A DNA stretch of 64,000 nucleotides from an uncultured candidate division Zixibacteria bacterium (GCA_963735035.1 CAVTJJ010000003.1:864001-928000), one strand, 5' to 3'. Positions 8,382 to 18,275 are shown, counted from the stretch's first letter. Numbers and translations are program-made. Notes: generated by a model not told the origin, from the letters alone.

Positions 8382-8962
8382 TCACCGACCAGCTTAACAA
8401 GTTTCGCAACTGCTTTATCAACCACTTTGCGGGCCAGTTCTTCGCGCGATCTTACCGCCCGAATCCCGAACAATAATTCCGACTGATCACCTCGGGCGTT
8501 GGAAGCCCCGGTCCAGACGGTTTCGCGGGTTTTACAGCTAATTAGTCGAAGGTTCATCGAGACTTGCGGGATCTTCCCGAGGTAGGTGTTATCTGTCTCG
8601 GTGTATTCCAGAACCGTCCCGGTTATGATGTAATCAACCTTGAGACCGCCCGCGAGACTGTCGATCTGATCACCGGTCAGAAAGGTGCTCGACCGTACCC
8701 GATGTTTTCGCATTTGCTCGTAGGTTTGACCCAGTTCGGTCATTTCGAAAGCATTCGTGCTTCGCAGCGACAGAGCCAGCAGTTCGGTCATTTTCTCCGA
8801 GGCATTTTCCCGCGCACTCAGGTTTTCGAAGGGCATAATCGCGACTTTCGCACCCCGATGAATGGTTTCACCGCTGTATTTTCCGGCGGTAAAACTCGGC
8901 CCGCAGCCGGGTGCGACAAACAGGACAGCCATGATAGCCCACAACAGGCGTGGCATAAGCAT
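8378..8962 (-). CDS. CsgG/PelC/GNA1162-like (TolB_N-fold) lipoprotein
   Basis: Lipobox APG-C. Motifs VAIMPFENLS, LKVDYIITGTVLEY and VSMNLRLI..KTRETVWT. Confidence 0.75.
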   Translation of the reverse strand: MLMPRLLWAIMAVLFVAPGCGPSFTAGKYSGETIHRGAKVAIMPFENLSARENASEKMTELLALSLRSTNAFEMTELGQTYEQMRKHRVRSSTFLTGDQIDSLAGGLKVDYIITGTVLEYTETDNTYLGKIPQVSMNLRLISCKTRETVWTGASNARGDQSELLFGIRAVRSREELARKVVDKAVAKLVKLVGE

Positions 8963-8967
8963 ATCTC

Positions 8968-9561
8968 CTACTTCAGCACCAGCGCAAAGCGCGCCGCTAC
9001 TTCCCGGCAGACCTTGGTCGTGAGTTCGCCGAGCGTATGGGTTTCGCCGATCGATACAATCGGGAATTTCGGACCGCCACGACGGGTGGTTTCATAGCTC
9101 CACACCACCTTTCCCGAGTTACAGTCCAATAACCGGACTATCAGACCGACCGTCGGGAATTCGTCCGAACCGACCCGGACCATTCCGAAATCCCTGACCG
9201 CGCCCACGAAGACTCCCTGCACTCCGGTCGCCTTAGCGAGAGCGGTAAGCTCCTCCGCGGTGATTTCTTCAGGCAAATTGACCTTGTCGCCCTTGAGCGA
9301 CTCGCGTACCGCCTTGTAGAAATCGCCGGCCGGAGCTATTTCCACCGCATTCTTCATCAGAAGCTCGGTAATGAAACTCGAGGTGACTTTGTCCGACGCG
9401 GCACGGTCGCCGGTCAGACTGGCGAACGGGATAACTCCCACACGCTGGTAAAATCCAAAGTCGGCCTCGTTGTTCACATATTCCGGCGGTGGTGCACACG
9501 ACACAATTGCGAGCGCCGCCAGGGTAACAGCGATCAACCTGTAAACATGTTCTTTAAGCAT
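8968..9561 (-). CDS. CsgG/PelC/GNA1162-like lipoprotein (paralogue)
   Basis: Lipobox IVS-C. Motifs RVGVIPFASL, GVQGVFVGAV and VRLLDCNSGKVVWS. Confidence 0.75.
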   Translation of the reverse strand: MLKEHVYRLIAVTLAALAIVSCAPPPEYVNNEADFGFYQRVGVIPFASLTGDRAASDKVTSSFITELLMKNAVEIAPAGDFYKAVRESLKGDKVNLPEEITAEELTALAKATGVQGVFVGAVRDFGMVRVGSDEFPTVGLIVRLLDCNSGKVVWSYETTRRGGPKFPIVSIGETHTLGELTTKVCREVAARFALVLK

Positions 9562-9573
9562 ACTTTCTTGCCG

Positions 9574-11364
9574 CTATATCTGAAAGTTGAAGGTTCCATT
9601 CCAGGTTTTTGAAATGATTTCCGTTTTGTCGAGTTTTGAGCCGCTCCGCCCCTGAAGATAGCCGAGGGTAAGCGTCGAACGACGACTGGTGTATATCATT
9701 AACTGAACGTTGGCGGTCCGAGGGCGCGTAATCTTGACCGATCCCTTGTCGTATATCGACTCGGCCTGCACCCGCTCCTGGTTCTGTCCGTTGAGCGATA
9801 AGTAGAAAGTGAAGGCTCGACGAAACGAGTAGTTGACGTACAGCCCGATATTCTCGTTGCGATTGAACGCACTCGATGCCCCCACGCGACTGAAGATATA
9901 AGACGCCGACAGGTTGAGATTCTGTCGAGGCAACCAGGCCAGCCCGGTGTTGACTGATTCCATAAAGACACGGCCGGGCCGCAGCTTCCGTCCCAGCGAC
10001 GTGCTCGAATAGCCTACCCGGCCTTCCAGGTTGGAAGCCATGTAGAACCGGCCTTCCGCCGAATTGCTCATCTGGTAGCGGCGCTCCGCCTGCGGCGATT
10101 TGATATCTCTAATGAGCGATGAATTCATTCTCAGGTCGAAATAGGGAAACGGCGAAAAGTCGACCGAGCCGTAGTACGTGTCCACCGCATAGTGATCGAG
10201 ACGCTGAGTGGAAACTAAGTTGCCCAGCGAATCGGTCTGCTCGATCACCCGGTTCGACCGCTGGTAGATTGTGCGGGACGCGCTGAGCCTCGTGTCCACA
10301 CCCTGCCTCAAGTACCGGGAAAGAGAGCCCGTCATCGACACAAACTCCAGAATGCCGTCGCTGCCCCAGCCTTCAACCTGATATGATTTCACTACGCTGG
10401 CGTCAAAATACGGCGCCGGGGAAAAGTCCAGCCCGGCGGACATCGACTCGGAGCGTGTGCGGGAAGTCGCAACGCCCTGGGTTGCCGATGTAGCCCTGCC
10501 GGAGTAGCTCGCCGATAATCCCAGCGGCCGCCAAGGTGAAGCGGAAACCATCGCCGAGAGAGTGTGTGTCCGGCTGCGCGAGTCAATCGTAACCAGGGCA
10601 TCGTCCTTCGTGTCGTAGATATTATAAGACGCGCCGGCGTTGCCGAACCGCCACGACGGCGTGGTCGTGGATAGAGTCCCGCTCATGGCCCGGATAACAT
10701 CACTCGCCAGTGGATTGAGCCGATCATCTCGTCTGATGCGTGTATAATTGCCCCTCAGAGCAAATCGTTCGCGAGCGTAACCGGTCTCGCCCACAAAGTT
10801 GTGCTGAATGACATCGTCATGGCGCACAGGCGCGCGATCAAAGAAACGAAGGCGGTTGTAGGCCAGATTCAGAGTCGGATATCGAGGCACATTCACGGCC
10901 AGCGCGCCGCGCCAATCCCTATAGAAAACGTCGACAAGTGAAGTACCCGCCGTGTCCGAAATCGTCCTGTCCCTGCGACTATAAGGTGAGTAGCTCGTGT
11001 TGATGCTGTAGCCGTAGCTGCTCAGATCAAAGTAATAAGTGGGGCGGTAGCTCCGATAATCGGTGTGAAGATCGTCACGCCAATCAAACCTCCCGGCCAG
11101 GCGCATCCGGTTCTTGTAGAAGAGAACGTCCTCTACATTGATAAACGTATTGGCCATCATCTGACCACTTCGCGATGTGGTCGCACCCGTAGTCCGAACA
11201 TCAGACATCGACAACTGCCCGTTACCGTACCAGCGCTGTCCGCATGCCGAACCGGGCACGAAGACAACAGTCATCATTATCAGCGCAGCCGCACCCCATA
11301 AGGCGTTACTGAGTGTCAATTGAGTATGGCCGCAAGAGCCTCGTCTCCAGAGAGAACCGTCCAC
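9574..11364 (-). CDS. Large outer-membrane beta-barrel protein (candidate nanowire export or anchoring channel)
   Basis: Hydrophobic N-terminus, S/Y/R/N-rich alternating beta-strand pattern throughout, C-terminal GTFNFQI. Start codon uncertain. Confidence 0.65.
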   Translation of the reverse strand: MDGSLWRRGSCGHTQLTLSNALWGAAALIMMTVVFVPGSACGQRWYGNGQLSMSDVRTTGATTSRSGQMMANTFINVEDVLFYKNRMRLAGRFDWRDDLHTDYRSYRPTYYFDLSSYGYSINTSYSPYSRRDRTISDTAGTSLVDVFYRDWRGALAVNVPRYPTLNLAYNRLRFFDRAPVRHDDVIQHNFVGETGYARERFALRGNYTRIRRDDRLNPLASDVIRAMSGTLSTTTPSWRFGNAGASYNIYDTKDDALVTIDSRSRTHTLSAMVSASPWRPLGLSASYSGRATSATQGVATSRTRSESMSAGLDFSPAPYFDASVVKSYQVEGWGSDGILEFVSMTGSLSRYLRQGVDTRLSASRTIYQRSNRVIEQTDSLGNLVSTQRLDHYAVDTYYGSVDFSPFPYFDLRMNSSLIRDIKSPQAERRYQMSNSAEGRFYMASNLEGRVGYSSTSLGRKLRPGRVFMESVNTGLAWLPRQNLNLSASYIFSRVGASSAFNRNENIGLYVNYSFRRAFTFYLSLNGQNQERVQAESIYDKGSVKITRPRTANVQLMIYTSRRSTLTLGYLQGRSGSKLDKTEIISKTWNGTFNFQI

Positions 11365-12453
11365 CTAGTCTCCTGGATCCGGATTGTGAACGTTGTGCCC
11401 GGTCGGCGAGCTATAATTGCTACCGTGTTTATCATAACAGTGCTTATCAGACGAGAACAGATGTGCCTCTTCGTTCGGAATCGGCGGCAGCGTCCTGCCT
11501 TCAACCGTACCACCGCCAACACCATCCGACGATTGGTGACAGCCAAAGCAGAACCGACGCACTTGAGCGGCATCATTCTTGATGTCAGTCAGACCGTACC
11601 ATCCCGGCCGTTGATCACTCAGCAGATAGGCGTTTCCACCGGCTCCGTTGTTGCCGACCGAACCGTGAGGATTATGGCACTCGTAACATGGGAGACGTGA
11701 CATCGACGGAACATACCCCACGCCGTTGCTGGAGCCGTGTCCGGCGTTCGAAGCGGGATTGATGGAGCGGTCATAGTAGTAGGCTATAGTCTTCGATGTA
11801 TCATCCATCGCCGCAGGGCCAAACTGGCTATGACAATTCAAACAGAGCATGTAATTGGTCGGCTGCGATCCGGTCTGAGAACCCACGATGCCGCGATAGG
11901 TCGTATCGAGCAAATCGTGCTCACCCGACCCGCCGTGAACATTGTGACAATTGTTGCAGGAACCGTTCCCGTCCGCGTCTTTCAAAGGCATGTACTGGCT
12001 GGTGTAGTGCGGCGAAAATTGCGGATCTTCCCACACGAGTTGCCCCGGCCACCGAACACGGTGCTGCACTCCCGCCACCCGGGTACCGCCGGAATTGTAT
12101 TCGAAGTAACCCGGATCGGACGATCCCGTGGGTAACCGATCCGATTCCTGGGCCGGATAACCCGACGTACCCCCGGAGGGGCGATCGGCGTGACAACCAC
12201 CCAGAGATGCCGCGAAGCAGAGTCGATCCGAATTGGCCTGGAATAATCCATAGGGAGAAGACGACGCCGGGTCGTGGCTGACGTGACACTGAGCGCAGCT
12301 CCCGCGCGGGCATTCCTGAACTCGCAGAACACCGGTCGTCGTTGAACCGTGAGGTGACGCCTGATACCGGCCGTTGTCGGCGTTGGATACACTGATCAAC
12401 AACATCGTCAGGCCGGTCATTACGAAAACAAAGATACGTTTACGAGTTATCAT
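11365..12453 (-). CDS. Exported multiheme cytochrome c (5 CXXCH + CX7CH + CXXKH)
   Basis: Start MITRK with GAGG RBS and a signal peptide. CAQCH, CNNCH, CLNCH, CYECH and CFGCH, plus atypical CFAASLGGCH and CYDKH. Confidence 0.85.
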   Translation of the reverse strand: MITRKRIFVFVMTGLTMLLISVSNADNGRYQASPHGSTTTGVLRVQECPRGSCAQCHVSHDPASSSPYGLFQANSDRLCFAASLGGCHADRPSGGTSGYPAQESDRLPTGSSDPGYFEYNSGGTRVAGVQHRVRWPGQLVWEDPQFSPHYTSQYMPLKDADGNGSCNNCHNVHGGSGEHDLLDTTYRGIVGSQTGSQPTNYMLCLNCHSQFGPAAMDDTSKTIAYYYDRSINPASNAGHGSSNGVGYVPSMSRLPCYECHNPHGSVGNNGAGGNAYLLSDQRPGWYGLTDIKNDAAQVRRFCFGCHQSSDGVGGGTVEGRTLPPIPNEEAHLFSSDKHCYDKHGSNYSSPTGHNVHNPDPGD

Positions 12454-12460
12454 CGTGGCC

Positions 12461-13429
12461 TCACTTGTAATGGCATTGCTGACAACCGGAAAGATAGTTG
12501 ATGCCGCCATCGACATACGGCCAGCGTAGATTCTTGGTATTGGCCGTACCATGAGAAGCATGACAACTGCCGCAGAATACCATATTGCTGCTCTGGGCTA
12601 TTTGCGACGAGGCGAAATCGGTTGCTTGCGGCTGAAGGAAAGGAAGTCGCGGGACACCTTCGCCGGTGATCGGGCTTGACCCAACGAACCCCTCGCCGCC
12701 GCCCGACACCCAATGATTCACGTTGGTATGTCCGGAGCTTCCGACGGAAACATCCGACGGGTGGGCGTTGAAATGAGCCGGCAACACTGCGGCGGAATTT
12801 ACCGCTACCTGATCATGGCAGGAACCGCACCAGCGCGACCAACCAGTCTTATACCCAATGTTACCCCGGTTGTAAGCGATAGCGGAACCGCTGGCGTTGG
12901 GTGGATTGGCCGGAGCGACATTCCAGAACAGATCACGACCGGCCTCGATAGTGATCGAATCTCCTACCCCGGCCGGATCAAAACGGAGATTGCGATAATT
13001 CGTATTTCCGTGATAATCATGGCAACTGGCGCAGGTCAGGGTCATCGATTTTCCAAAACCGTTGAGCGGAATCGGGGACGCGATACCGAGATCATGACCC
13101 GAAACCTGGCCGACGCCAACAACCGTAAAATGCCCGGCGGCGCTTTCGGCAATGGTCCCCTGAGAATACATCGATATCGGCGCCAGAACGTCCGGTGCGC
13201 TCGGGTCGGAGCCGTCGTGACATGACAGGCACAACTCGTTGACTGAACTCTTTATCAGGAGCACCGAATACGGTCCGCCCGGAATCGGCTGGCCGTCGGC
13301 GCTGCTGTGCTGGATGTGACACTGCCCGCAGGCGAGTGATTCGCCCAGGTGCCAGTCGCCGGCCGACACGCCCGGTGCCGCCAGAAGCGAAGCTGTCGTC
13401 AGAGCTGTAAGTATCTGCCCGAGTTTCAT
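12461..13429 (-). CDS. Second OmcS-like hexaheme cytochrome c
   Basis: Signal peptide VSA. WH-x6-CGQCHIQH, CLSCH, GHDLG, LTCASCHDYHG, WCGSCH, HPS, CGSCHASH and terminal CQQCH; collinear with 5990-7015. Confidence 0.8.
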   Translation of the reverse strand: MKLGQILTALTTASLLAAPGVSAGDWHLGESLACGQCHIQHSSADGQPIPGGPYSVLLIKSSVNELCLSCHDGSDPSAPDVLAPISMYSQGTIAESAAGHFTVVGVGQVSGHDLGIASPIPLNGFGKSMTLTCASCHDYHGNTNYRNLRFDPAGVGDSITIEAGRDLFWNVAPANPPNASGSAIAYNRGNIGYKTGWSRWCGSCHDQVAVNSAAVLPAHFNAHPSDVSVGSSGHTNVNHWVSGGGEGFVGSSPITGEGVPRLPFLQPQATDFASSQIAQSSNMVFCGSCHASHGTANTKNLRWPYVDGGINYLSGCQQCHYK

Positions 13430-13430
13430 A

Positions 13431-14339
13431 TTACTGCTCCTGACTTAGATCGTAAATGTCAAGGCGGCCGGTATCGTTGACAACGATCAATTTGTAGTCG
13501 GAAGTCGTTGTCATGTCGACCGGCCTTACGCCCGGTGTTCCGAAAAGCCGCGTGTCCAAAAGCGTGCCTGTCTGATCGTAGCGCCGAAACTGCGAATTGG
13601 TGGCGTCGGCCACCCAGATCATCTCGCGCGCATCCACAGTCGCCGCCGTAGCATCCCAGACGCTTTGCGGCGACGGTCGGTTCCAGTCCCCGGCCAACAA
13701 CGGTTTACCGTCGACGTCGAAAATCTGCACCGGGAAAGATCGATCACCAACTATCACCAGACGCCCCGAGGCCAGTTGGGCGCAGACCGTCGCCCGTCCG
13801 AGCTTGCCCCGTCCGGATCCGCCCGGTATTAACACGCCGACTTGTTTCCACTCGATATCAAAGTGTCTCAAGCCATCCGGGTTTTCCGTGATCGCAAGAA
13901 AAGTACGATCGCGACGTTGATATAAACGCAGGATTCGTCCCTTGCCGCCAAGAGTCGATGACAGATCGGCCACGGTATCGATCTTTCGGGGTTCTTCTTC
14001 GGAGACCCGAAACAGAAGTCGGCTATCCCACTGAGAGAATATCAATTCCCGATCGCTCGTCCAGACGAGGGCGGTCGGTTGAGCGAGCATGACCCCGTCA
14101 CCGACCGACCAGAGCACTTCGCCTCTGGAATCGAATACGTAAATGCGATTGTTGAATCGATCGGCGACCGCCACCCGCTCGCCACTGGGCGCTGTCGCCA
14201 GTTGCCCGGGTTTGGACACCGAAAAAGAAACCAGCCTGGAAATAAGCGGAGGCAACTCAGTGGCCGACTCGGCAATAACGGCGCATGTCGACAGCAACAA
14301 TGCGCTTACGAAAACTATTCTTGCCGATGCAGCCGACAT
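13431..14339 (-). CDS. NHL/beta-propeller exported protein
   Basis: Signal peptide and blades VAVADRFNNRIYVFD and IWVADATNSQFRRYD. Confidence 0.8.
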   Translation of the reverse strand: MSAASARIVFVSALLLSTCAVIAESATELPPLISRLVSFSVSKPGQLATAPSGERVAVADRFNNRIYVFDSRGEVLWSVGDGVMLAQPTALVWTSDRELIFSQWDSRLLFRVSEEEPRKIDTVADLSSTLGGKGRILRLYQRRDRTFLAITENPDGLRHFDIEWKQVGVLIPGGSGRGKLGRATVCAQLASGRLVIVGDRSFPVQIFDVDGKPLLAGDWNRPSPQSVWDATAATVDAREMIWVADATNSQFRRYDQTGTLLDTRLFGTPGVRPVDMTTTSDYKLIVVNDTGRLDIYDLSQEQ

Positions 14340-14356
14340 AAGCGATGCTCATTGCC

Positions 14357-17300
14357 TCATTCGTGCTCTGTGCCGTGGCACAGATTGCAGAGTTTGCGGG
14401 TCTTGTCTGCTATCAGCAGATTCTTTTCCGTCGTAGAGTGCGGCGAATGACACCCGGTACATATTAATTCGGTACGAGTTCGTGGATCCAACACTCCCGC
14501 TCCCATCGGATGGAAATGCGTCTTCTGGGCGTCCTCATGACAGCCCGTGCACAATTTCATGATATCCGGTGAAGCGAGCAGGTTCTTGTAATCGCTCGAA
14601 TGCGGGTCGTGACAGGTGCCGCAATCCTCAAAGGCGGGCGGATGCTTCACCGGCCCGGTGAATTCTCTGGTATTGTGGCAGCTCAGGCACTGCTGGACGC
14701 CGTCCTTCTTCTGCAATCCGGCGCCGAATCCGACGTGCGGCGAGTGACAGGCAGTGCAGGAACCCGGGGTTTCGAGCGCCGGGTGCACGACCGCCTTCGA
14801 AGTCAGTTTGGTAGCATCGGCATGGCACTTGGCGCAGAGTTGAACGCCGGTGGCAACGAACTGCGTGGGCGATGAACCCTGATGGCAGTCGGGGCACCGG
14901 CCCTGAGTAAACGGCTTGTGGCTCTTCGGCAACAGCAGGCCGGTGGCGCCTTTCGCTCCCACGTGCGACGCATGGCAGCTCTGGCAATCGGTTCCGGAAA
15001 TGTCGAAGCCCTTGTGAGCGACACCCATCGCCGGTGACGTCAAATTATGACACTTGCCACAGAGCGCTTTCTTGTCGGTCACGAGCAGGGCTTTGTGGGT
15101 CCCGGCGTGGACTTCGTGACAGGCAACACACTTGCCGTTCTTCGCCGGCGGATGCACCTGGCCTTTATCAAATGATTCCTTGAGCGCCGAATGGCAATCA
15201 AGGCAGATTACTTCGGAAGGTTCCTTCAATAGCCCGGCATTGGCCGAGGCGTGCGGCTTGTGACATTCGGTGCATTTCTTCTCGGCGAACGGTCGATGTA
15301 CCGATGGCAGCGTGTCCAGCTTGCGCAGGTCGTCGTGACACTGGAAACACAACAGACTCGCTTCAGCTTTCAAGAGCTTGGGCTCGTCGGCGGCGTGCAC
15401 CCGGTGACAGCCGACACATTCGCCGCCCGCGAACGGCGGATGTTGCGTCGATAGTTTCATTTCGGCGGCCAGGCCGTCGTGACAGGTGGTACAGACCTCA
15501 GTGAGATTGGTCGCCAAAACAACCGAGCCGTCCGGGCCTTTGGTATGGCAGTCTTCGCAAGCCCCTTCGGCGAACGGCGGGTGCTCGATCGAGCGCACCA
15601 GCTTGGCAGCGGTCGATATATGCGGATTGTGACAATCCAGACAGTCGGCCTTGGCGACGTTGAATCCCTTGTGAGCGGCATCAAGAGTGGAGTCGACCGT
15701 ATGACACTGCACACACAATTCCGGCGCGGGAGCTTTGACAAATCCGGGCTGGTCGGATCCATGCGAGACGTGACAGGCGTCGCAATTGCCGTCCTTTACC
15801 GGCTTGTGCGCGATATTCTTCTGAATCCTGTCGCCCATCTCCTGATGGCAGACATAGCAGAGGGAGGCCCGCTGATCGGTGAGCGACGGCTGAACCATCA
15901 CCATCTGCCCGCTCACCAGCATGTTCGTAGACCGCCCGGCAATTAACCCGGCCCGTTCGGCGCCATGCGGATTATGACAGCCGGTGCAGTCGCCGTCTTT
16001 AGCCGCCGTATGCACATGGGCTTTCTGCAATCCCAGTTCACTGCTGTCGTGACAACCCACGCACAGCTTGGCGGGCGCCTCGGTCAGAAGATTCTGCTCG
16101 TTGCCGTAATGGGGCACGTGACAGGTCAGACAGTCTTCGCCGGCCGGGGCATGCTTGTGCTGCAAATTGAGCATGCTGCCGATCTGCTCGTGGCAACCTA
16201 GACAAAGAACGGGGCCCTCCGCCCGAAGCAACGCCTTCTTCGTACTGAAGTGCGGCTGATGACAGCCGGCACAATTGCCGGTCATGTAAGGCGAATGTGC
16301 CGAGGCCGCCGTCTGAGCTTTCGCATCCGGTTCGTGACAATCGGCACAGAGCTGCTCCACCGGTTTGCGCAACATTGCCTTGCCGATACCCTCGTGCGGC
16401 GAATGACACGACAGACAATCTTCTAGCGCGGCGTGGACCGACATCGATGAATCCCGTGTCGCCGCCATCGCGGTATGACACTGCAAGCAGAGCTCAGCTC
16501 CGTTCTTGCGCAACAGATGCGTCCGCTCGGAACCGTGCGGTTCGTGACAGGAACTGCACTGGCCCAACAAAGCCGGCTGATGCTTTACTAGATCCGATTG
16601 AGTAGTAATTTCGGAGTGGCAATCCCGGCACAGCTCTCCCTCACCCTTGACTAATAGTTTATCCTGGCGGGAACTATGCGGCTTGTGACAGTCGGAACAA
16701 TTGTCCGCACTTACTGCCGGGTGAGGCACCGGCTTCGAGGCGCCTGCCGCCTGTTGGTCGTGACAGGTCGCACAGACCGAATTCGCAGTAGTGCCGGCTG
16801 CGAAAGTAACCTTGCCGCTAGCATCGGGCAACGAATGGCAGGTCTCGCATTCACCGTCCGCAAACGGAGCATGCGCCCGGCGTGACAATAGACCCGGCTT
16901 GGCGGTCGCATGACCCGAGTGGCAATCAGTACAGCCCAGAGCCTCGGTGTTCTTGCCGGCATGAGCCTTGGCCATCGCCGCCGCATCATCTTTGTGACAG
17001 CTCATGCACAGAGCGCTTCCCTCCTGCTTCAACAGGGAGGGATGGGCGGAGTTATGAGCTTCGTGGCAAACCAGACAGTTCAGTTCGTTGAACGGCTTGT
17101 GCGGATGAGCCGCTTTCAGCGACTCAGACACTTCGGCATCATGACACAACAGACACGACGCCGGGTCATCGGTCCCCTCCACCACCGGATACAGCATCGC
17201 CTTCTTGTCCGAAGCGTGAGGACTGTGGCAATCCCAGCAGACCCCCTGTCCGACCGGCGTGTGAACTGTACCCGCGGCAAATTTTTCCTGCAGGTCTTTG

Positions 17301-17557
17301 TGGCAAGAGAAGCAAAGCTGATTGTCGTAGAATTTTAGAACCAGATTCTGAGCAAATCCGTGCCGCCCATGACAGGACTCGCACTGTTCCTTCTTGACCG
17401 GATCATGAACGAATTTTCGGGAACTGAATTCCGACTTCTGCTTCTTGTGGCAATCTAAGCAGGTCTTGGCGGCAAACAGGTCGGCGGCCGAGAACAGCAG
17501 CGTTATGGCGAAGAGAATACTAGAAAGACGAAAGAACCTCGATGAAGCGCGAGACAT
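14357..17557 (-). CDS. Giant multiheme cytochrome c, 42 CXXCH (paired CXXCH repeat units)
   Basis: Signal peptide. Manual count gives 42 CXXCH motifs in 1066 aa, in the repeat H.P...CxxCH.PH.S...LL....LCxxCH. Confidence 0.92.
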   Translation of the reverse strand: MSRASSRFFRLSSILFAITLLFSAADLFAAKTCLDCHKKQKSEFSSRKFVHDPVKKEQCESCHGRHGFAQNLVLKFYDNQLCFSCHKDLQEKFAAGTVHTPVGQGVCWDCHSPHASDKKAMLYPVVEGTDDPASCLLCHDAEVSESLKAAHPHKPFNELNCLVCHEAHNSAHPSLLKQEGSALCMSCHKDDAAAMAKAHAGKNTEALGCTDCHSGHATAKPGLLSRRAHAPFADGECETCHSLPDASGKVTFAAGTTANSVCATCHDQQAAGASKPVPHPAVSADNCSDCHKPHSSRQDKLLVKGEGELCRDCHSEITTQSDLVKHQPALLGQCSSCHEPHGSERTHLLRKNGAELCLQCHTAMAATRDSSMSVHAALEDCLSCHSPHEGIGKAMLRKPVEQLCADCHEPDAKAQTAASAHSPYMTGNCAGCHQPHFSTKKALLRAEGPVLCLGCHEQIGSMLNLQHKHAPAGEDCLTCHVPHYGNEQNLLTEAPAKLCVGCHDSSELGLQKAHVHTAAKDGDCTGCHNPHGAERAGLIAGRSTNMLVSGQMVMVQPSLTDQRASLCYVCHQEMGDRIQKNIAHKPVKDGNCDACHVSHGSDQPGFVKAPAPELCVQCHTVDSTLDAAHKGFNVAKADCLDCHNPHISTAAKLVRSIEHPPFAEGACEDCHTKGPDGSVVLATNLTEVCTTCHDGLAAEMKLSTQHPPFAGGECVGCHRVHAADEPKLLKAEASLLCFQCHDDLRKLDTLPSVHRPFAEKKCTECHKPHASANAGLLKEPSEVICLDCHSALKESFDKGQVHPPAKNGKCVACHEVHAGTHKALLVTDKKALCGKCHNLTSPAMGVAHKGFDISGTDCQSCHASHVGAKGATGLLLPKSHKPFTQGRCPDCHQGSSPTQFVATGVQLCAKCHADATKLTSKAVVHPALETPGSCTACHSPHVGFGAGLQKKDGVQQCLSCHNTREFTGPVKHPPAFEDCGTCHDPHSSDYKNLLASPDIMKLCTGCHEDAQKTHFHPMGAGVLDPRTRTELICTGCHSPHSTTEKNLLIADKTRKLCNLCHGTEHE

Positions 17558-17567
17558 AAAACCCCCG

Positions 17568-18143
17568 CTAGTGCGGCTTGGCCGTGGAGTCGGCCGGTAA
17601 CGGCTTCGATACCGGTTTTGGTCTCTCGACCTTCACGAACCGGTCACTTACTTTGAAGTCAACTAAACGGAAGCCGAACATGTCGTTCCGGCGAAAGTGC
17701 GGAGCATCGGTGAAAAAGAAACCCCAGCTCTCCTGTACCAACGAATCCCCGACCATCACGCGTACGCGCACCGCGGGGTTGTACAGAGTGTCCGACAACT
17801 GCATGACCTTACCGCTGTCAGTGATCGTGAAATGAGGATTGAACAGGATCACCTCACCCACATCGTCACCTTCACCAAGCGGGAACTTCTGGTTCATCTT
17901 GACCGTGTCAATTTGTGAAAAACCGGTGAAAACCCGGTGCTTGGTCTCAATGACGTAATAGTCATCAGGCGAAGCGACCGCCGCCGCCGGGGCAGCGTCA
18001 TGACTGGGCAACAAAACCGGCGTCTGACCGGCAGGAACTTTGACTGAATCAGTCTCGGCCAACGCGACCGCTACCGCTGCAACTGCAAATGTCACAACAA
18101 GTAGGGGTCGAACGGACCATTTCTCAAACCACATCTTTCGCAT
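17568..18143 (-). CDS. Exported DUF2155/ResB-like beta-rich protein
   Basis: Signal peptide, P/A linker, and motif FNPHF..SDTLYNPAVRVRV..ESWGF resembling ResB/DUF2155 periplasmic domains. Start uncertain (18179, 18143 or 18134). Confidence 0.5.
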   Translation of the reverse strand: MRKMWFEKWSVRPLLVVTFAVAAVAVALAETDSVKVPAGQTPVLLPSHDAAPAAAVASPDDYYVIETKHRVFTGFSQIDTVKMNQKFPLGEGDDVGEVILFNPHFTITDSGKVMQLSDTLYNPAVRVRVMVGDSLVQESWGFFFTDAPHFRRNDMFGFRLVDFKVSDRFVKVERPKPVSKPLPADSTAKPH

Positions 18144-18275
18144 CAAAATAAGAGTAACAGGATCGGACCGGTATGTCAATACGTATTTGGGAATAGGATA
18201 CCAGGTAGTAATGATTGATAACCGCTCTTGATAAGCATTGAGCGTGGCCTACCGAAGCGATTCTTGTAAAATTCG

